A stretch of DNA of 64,000 bases from Candidatus Bathyarchaeota archaeon (GTDB lineage Archaea > Thermoproteota > Bathyarchaeia > Bathyarchaeales > Bathycorpusculaceae): assembly GCA_963811105.1 (NCBI GenBank), contig CAWEPZ010000011.1:576001-640000 (forward strand), given 5' to 3'. This document shows positions 60,120 through 64,000 of the stretch, one piece after another (position 1 is the first letter of the stretch; the number at the start of each line of letters is the position of its first letter). Under the pieces are notes generated by a model. It was given only the letters and a program-made list of their open reading frames with translations, was not told the DNA's origin and did no database searches. Both the position numbers and the translations under genes were made by a program.

Positions 60120-61319
60120 TCATTTTTTATACCTAAGTATCACCGCAACAGAGAGCATTATGACAAACAATGATAGAATTGTCAACCAAGAAAACTCAGG
60201 AACAGAAGGAGATGGGGTTGGACTAGGAGAAGGGCTGTTATTGGGGTTGCTGTTTGGTGTTGGGGAAGAGGTAGAATAAGGTAATGCTGTTGATGAATAA
60301 GTAAGATAGTTTTCAATGTTAACAGGATTAAGCAATGGAAAATTATCTTGGTTGAACTCATTTATTGTATAGGGTATACTTCCAATGCCATTGCTTCCAG
60401 TTCCTCTGTATTTATCCCAATGATTACCTTCCTTGCCATCATCCCAATAATTGATTGATTTTACGACTCTGATCAGGTCATAGTATGAAGAATCATTTGA
60501 GATATCCTTTGAATTAAAAAGAAAATTATTGTGATGCAGTACATTCTTTGTGCTTCCAACAAAATGAGTAGCGTCAGTATTGTAAGCTATGTAGTTTCCC
60601 ACTACATAGTTTTGGCTTGTAAAGTAGTAAAACAAGCCTGTGTACGCTGAAGTTATTTTGTTAGCTGAAACAACAGTGTTGTTTACATTTCTATCTGAGA
60701 AGCGTAAACCTACATGGCTAGAACTGATATCATTATTTCTAATCAGGTTATGAGTAGAAAATCCAGTGATATCAATCCCATAGTAATTGTCCCAAATAGT
60801 ATTTGCTTCAATCAAATTATTACTGGAAGAATGCACCCAAATGCCATTGCCACTATTTTCTATCTTATTACCGGTGATATTGCAGTTTTGAGACTGTTCT
60901 AGTTGTATAGCAACAAGTTCTTTATCAAAAATGATGGCACTAACGGTTGGTTGTTTGGTATTAGTGGCAACTAGAGTTAATGCTGAAATGGCAACTTGAC
61001 TATGGTTTACCATTAACATAAATGGATTTGATTGACCAGTAATAATGGTTGACTCCTTATCCTCACCTGTAAGTGAGATTGCTTTGTCAATTATGATGTT
61101 GCTTTCTTGATAGGTGCCTTTCTTTACATAAACTGTATCTCCGTCATCTGCATGACTTACAGCATCTTTGATAGTGGAATAATCAGCTGGCACAACTATT
61201 GTTTCAGGTTCTAAAACGGTAGTTCCTGATTCTGCCTCTGATATTTGGATTAATGGTACAACTATCAAACTAAGAAATAGCAAAATAATTGCTAAGACTA
61301 CAGCTTTATTGGTTCTCAT
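60120..61319 (-). CDS. NosD/CASH beta-helix protein with PEF-CTERM-like tail
   Basis: IVVPADYSTIKDAV..A..GDTVYVKKGTY, NN.I repeats, WDDGKEGNHW, VPEFSWL+TM. Confidence 0.85.
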   Translation of the reverse strand: MRTNKAVVLAIILLFLSLIVVPLIQISEAESGTTVLEPETIVVPADYSTIKDAVSHADDGDTVYVKKGTYQESNIIIDKAISLTGEDKESTIITGQSNPFMLMVNHSQVAISALTLVATNTKQPTVSAIIFDKELVAIQLEQSQNCNITGNKIENSGNGIWVHSSSNNLIEANTIWDNYYGIDITGFSTHNLIRNNDISSSHVGLRFSDRNVNNTVVSANKITSAYTGLFYYFTSQNYVVGNYIAYNTDATHFVGSTKNVLHHNNFLFNSKDISNDSSYYDLIRVVKSINYWDDGKEGNHWDKYRGTGSNGIGSIPYTINEFNQDNFPLLNPVNIENYLTYSSTALPYSTSSPTPNSNPNNSPSPSPTPSPSVPEFSWLTILSLFVIMLSVAVILRYKK

Positions 61320-61363
61320 TTTTCCAAATCTACTGCTGTTTGACTATCCCTAAAAGGCTTTCA

Positions 61364-61403
61364 GTAAAATAATCTTGATTGTGATTAGTCAAACTTTCTT
61401 GAC
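61364..61403. repeat. Class-A double-box site
   Basis: GTAAA ataatc TTGAT tgtgatta GTCAA actttc TTGAC. Confidence 0.85.
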
Positions 61404-61500
61404 TACGCAAATTTGCGTTTGTGTTGTTTTTCAACTCTCATTTTTTCAGTCAACAAAAGCCAGTCTGAACCATTCTATTCCTTTTTGCTTCATTATGCGA

Positions 61501-62709
61501 TCAGAGCCTCTTTACAGAATTTTTGCGTCTCACAACAATAAGAATCGCCGCTCCTGCCACGACACCTAATGCGGTTGCAGCTACTATTTCTAAAGTTGCA
61601 GTCGGTGTTGCATTGGACGTTTCAGCTGCTTGAGCTGTCGTTGAAGATGACATTGATGAGGGTGCAGTTCGATTGAGTGATATGTCTTCAACGGGTTTGT
61701 ATTGCCAAATGTTTGAGCAGTAGAAACTGGAGCCGTCAGTGTAGCCCCCTATTGCGTACAAAGCATCACCAACAGCTGCAACGCCAAGAGCGTTTCTGTT
61801 ATCAATCATCGGAGTACCCATTGTCCAAGAGTCGTTTTGGGGAAAATAGACTTGGTTGAAATCTGTGCCCGATTGGTTGCCGTATCGTTGCTTCTGAGTG
61901 CCGCCTCCCAGTACGTGAATTGCGCTTGTGTTAGACGTTGTTAAGGTAACCGCTGCTGAGTTCTCGACTGAGTTTGGAATAGGTGCTGCGGTGGTCCAAG
62001 TGTCGGTCTGAGGGTCATACACTTGAACTATGTTGGTGATGTCTCCATTCTGCATGACTCCTGAAAATACGTATATTTTGTTGTCTACTGCTGCGGATGC
62101 GTATGACGCGACTGGATAGGGCATAGGTGCCAACTCTTTCCACGAGTCTACTGCAGGGTCATAGGCCTGGTTTTCCCCTGAAATCATGTAGGAGAGTTGA
62201 CCAGGTAAAGCTTTAGGCGAGTTATCCTTGGTCATTGTTCTTCCGCCAATCAAGTAGATTTCTCCGTCAACCACGTTTGCTGTTAAGAACCATCTTTGGG
62301 TAGGCATGGGAGTTTTCGCCATCCAAGAATCCGATGTTGAGTCATAGACGTTGTTTGCTGGTCCTCCGATACAGTAGATTATGTCTTGGTAAGCAGCGAT
62401 GCCGAAGCTGTTGAGCCAGTTTGGTCCAGGCATCGGCGTTTTCTCAACCCAAGTGTCAGTGGCTGGATTGTAGGCTTCGTTTGTGTTGGTGGTTCCTGTG
62501 CGATTGTTATGATATCTGTCCTGTACTGCTGTTAGCCCGCCAATTGCGTAAATCGTGCCATTGGCTGTCACGGCACCAAACATGTATCTTGCCGTGGGCA
62601 TAGGCGACTTTTCAACCCATGAAAGGGCTTGAGCGTCGGAGGGATGAATGGCAAAACAGCTTACTGTTATGATGATGAGCGCAAACACGAACACAAATAC
62701 CTTGGCCAT
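61501..62709 (-). CDS. Secreted Kelch-repeat protein with TM anchor
   Basis: Six repeats PMPT.R ... IY.IGG ... YDP..DTW. Confidence 0.9.
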   Translation of the reverse strand: MAKVFVFVFALIIITVSCFAIHPSDAQALSWVEKSPMPTARYMFGAVTANGTIYAIGGLTAVQDRYHNNRTGTTNTNEAYNPATDTWVEKTPMPGPNWLNSFGIAAYQDIIYCIGGPANNVYDSTSDSWMAKTPMPTQRWFLTANVVDGEIYLIGGRTMTKDNSPKALPGQLSYMISGENQAYDPAVDSWKELAPMPYPVASYASAAVDNKIYVFSGVMQNGDITNIVQVYDPQTDTWTTAAPIPNSVENSAAVTLTTSNTSAIHVLGGGTQKQRYGNQSGTDFNQVYFPQNDSWTMGTPMIDNRNALGVAAVGDALYAIGGYTDGSSFYCSNIWQYKPVEDISLNRTAPSSMSSSTTAQAAETSNATPTATLEIVAATALGVVAGAAILIVVRRKNSVKRL

Positions 62710-62747
62710 ATTCTGTCATCAAACTGTATTCGCAAGGTTCCTATTAG

Positions 62748-62783
62748 CTCTCCTTGAAGAACAGGCTGTTCCGCTGAAAGAAC
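62748..62783. repeat. Class-B site
   Basis: CTCTCC-N5-GAACA ggc TGTTC cgctgaaa GAAC. Confidence 0.8.
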
Positions 62784-62820
62784 ACTGCGTTAACCCAAGT
62801 TCTCATCTTACCTTTTAGTG

Positions 62821-63025
62821 CTAAACATTTCCTTGTAGTCTCTTCCTAACGATAATTAGAACAAATAGGATAGCGAGTAGTAAGGGTAGAATTGTCAACC
62901 AAGAAAACTCTGGAACAGTTCGAGTGGGTGTTGGTGATATACTTTGATTTGGAGTTGGTAAAGTTATGATTGCTTTCTTTGGGTCATGATTGTATGGTTT
63001 CATTAATGGGTAGTTGTCGATGTTT
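62821..63025 (-). pseudogene. 3' remnant of a NosD/PEF-CTERM gene
   Basis: NIDNYPLMKPY...VPEFSWLTILPLLL...VRKRLQGNV, closely similar to the tail of 47900-48895. Confidence 0.75.
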
Positions 63026-63097
63026 CGTTATTAATAATTTAGACGGGTAGGTTTTAAAATGCAGTTGCTCTCTAACAATTGATTAGAGGCTAACAAG

Positions 63098-63787
63098 CTG
63101 GTTAGGCTAAAGCAACTTTGGAAGAACGATTACTTCAAAACAATATTCGCCATTGTCTTGGTTGTTACGTTAGTTCTTGTTTTCTTCTTCGGCTTAAAAT
63201 TAGCGTTTAATGTTTCCTATGGACCAATAGTTGTAGTTGAAAGCGGTAGCATGTGCGTTCCTTACGGCACAGGATGTGCCGGCTGGAACAGCATCACACA
63301 CCCGTTTGACCACACCCTGCACAAAGGCGATATCGTAATTATTCAAGGGGTAAATCCTAAAGATCTGAAAACGGGCTATCCCAACAGCGATGTGATCGTT
63401 TTTTACGACCCAAATGATCATACCGCCACTCCGATCATACATCGCATTATTTCGGTAACAGATGTCAACGGCACACTGTATTTTATAACTAAAGGGGATG
63501 GAAATGGCAGTCCTTCAGCAAAATGGCCGGCTCCTGTAACATCAATTGACGGCTTGGACCAATGGGATTACCTAAATAATCCACCCGGAGTTCCGCAAAA
63601 CGATGTTGTTGGCAGGGTTGTTATGCGGATTCCATGGTTTGGATGGGTAGCATTGATTATGCAGCAGAGTTCATGGGGTTTGCCATTAATAATGGGGTTA
63701 ATAGTACTGCTGATAGTTGTGGAATTTATAATTCCGATGTTTAGAGGGAACAAGAAAAAGACCGAAAACAAAAGCTTTCTTGACTAA
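63098..63787 (+). CDS. sec11: Archaeal signal peptidase I (Sec11-type, S26B)
   Basis: VVESGSM (Ser), GDIV, IIHR (His), TKGDGN, VVGRV..RIPWFG; upstream in-frame CTG at 63098 or TTG at 63158. Confidence 0.85.
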   Translation: MVRLKQLWKNDYFKTIFAIVLVVTLVLVFFFGLKLAFNVSYGPIVVVESGSMCVPYGTGCAGWNSITHPFDHTLHKGDIVIIQGVNPKDLKTGYPNSDVIVFYDPNDHTATPIIHRIISVTDVNGTLYFITKGDGNGSPSAKWPAPVTSIDGLDQWDYLNNPPGVPQNDVVGRVVMRIPWFGWVALIMQQSSWGLPLIMGLIVLLIVVEFIIPMFRGNKKKTENKSFLD

Positions 63788-63810
63788 GTTTTCGTCAAAC
63801 TTTTCTTTAC
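63769..63810. repeat. Degenerate class-A double site between convergent genes
   Basis: CAAAA gctttc TTGAC taagttttc GTCAA acttttc TTTAC; both neighbouring stop codons (63785-87 +, 63784-86 -) lie inside. Confidence 0.7.
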
Positions 63811-64000
63811 CTGTTTTCGATTTCTTCTAACGAGAAATAAAGCGATGGTACTTATTCCAATTATTATGATTGAAGTCATAGCTAAGTAAGTTACAATTGG
63901 GGAAGACTCGGTCTTCGTGGTAAAAACAATGGCTTGCGAGGAACCTATGTTTCCGTAGGTGTCTTTAACGTAAACTGTTATGTTATGTTCTCCTTTAAGC
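63784..64000 (-). CDS. Partial (3' end) secreted Ig-like protein with TM anchor
   Basis: LKGEHNITVYVKDTYGNIGSS...TM...RRNRKQVKKSLTKT*. Confidence 0.75.
   Translation of the reverse strand, partial: LKGEHNITVYVKDTYGNIGSSQAIVFTTKTESSPIVTYLAMTSIIIIGISTIALFLVRRNRKQVKKSLTKT

Noticed and set aside
62821-62920. DGR template/variable repeat pair with 47900-48000
   Set aside because: Mismatches are not adenine-specific, the region is a TM/sorting tail, and no reverse transcriptase is present
43796-63810. CRISPR array interpretation of the recurring palindromes
   Set aside because: Repeats are separated by whole genes (0.8 kb or more), not 30-45 nt spacers; no cas genes are present
43796-63810. Classical integron attC cassettes
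   Set aside because: No RYYYAAC...GTTRRRY ends or long bottom-strand hairpins, genes have their own promoters, and no intI is in the window

Overview
Archaeal DNA, roughly 40% GC by eye. Bathyarchaeia is inferred from TATA/BRE promoters, an expanded family of membrane-anchored PQQ-like beta-propeller proteins and PEF-CTERM-like tails. 0-15 kb is mostly core metabolism: a double ferritin-like protein, 2-oxoacid:ferredoxin oxidoreductase alpha/beta interrupted by a 1.07-kb HUH-Rep-bearing insertion, nrdR-nrdD-nrdG with NrdR boxes, and an FMN glutamate-synthase-like protein. 15-43 kb is a decayed accessory region with many pseudogene scraps, Zn-finger microproteins, a GC-rich katG and three relics of a 'MGKTVPS/MGKSVES' small-gene module. 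43.8-64 kb is a mostly co-oriented (minus strand) array of secreted or membrane-anchored proteins. The main discovery is that genes of this array are delimited by a conserved non-coding 40-bp site, GTCAA-N6-TTGAC-N8-GTCAA-N6-TTGAC. One box abuts the BRE/TATA of one gene and the other sits at or overlaps the stop codon of the next gene. A second site family, GAACA-N3-TGTTC-CGCTRAAA-GAAC, occurs at other junctions. This looks like an undescribed cassette system (dif-module/integron-like, but not attC) for surface-protein genes. A shared transcription-factor regulon is the main alternative. No recombinase, tRNA, rRNA or CRISPR was seen in the window. All product calls are from motif recognition by eye; no searches were run.
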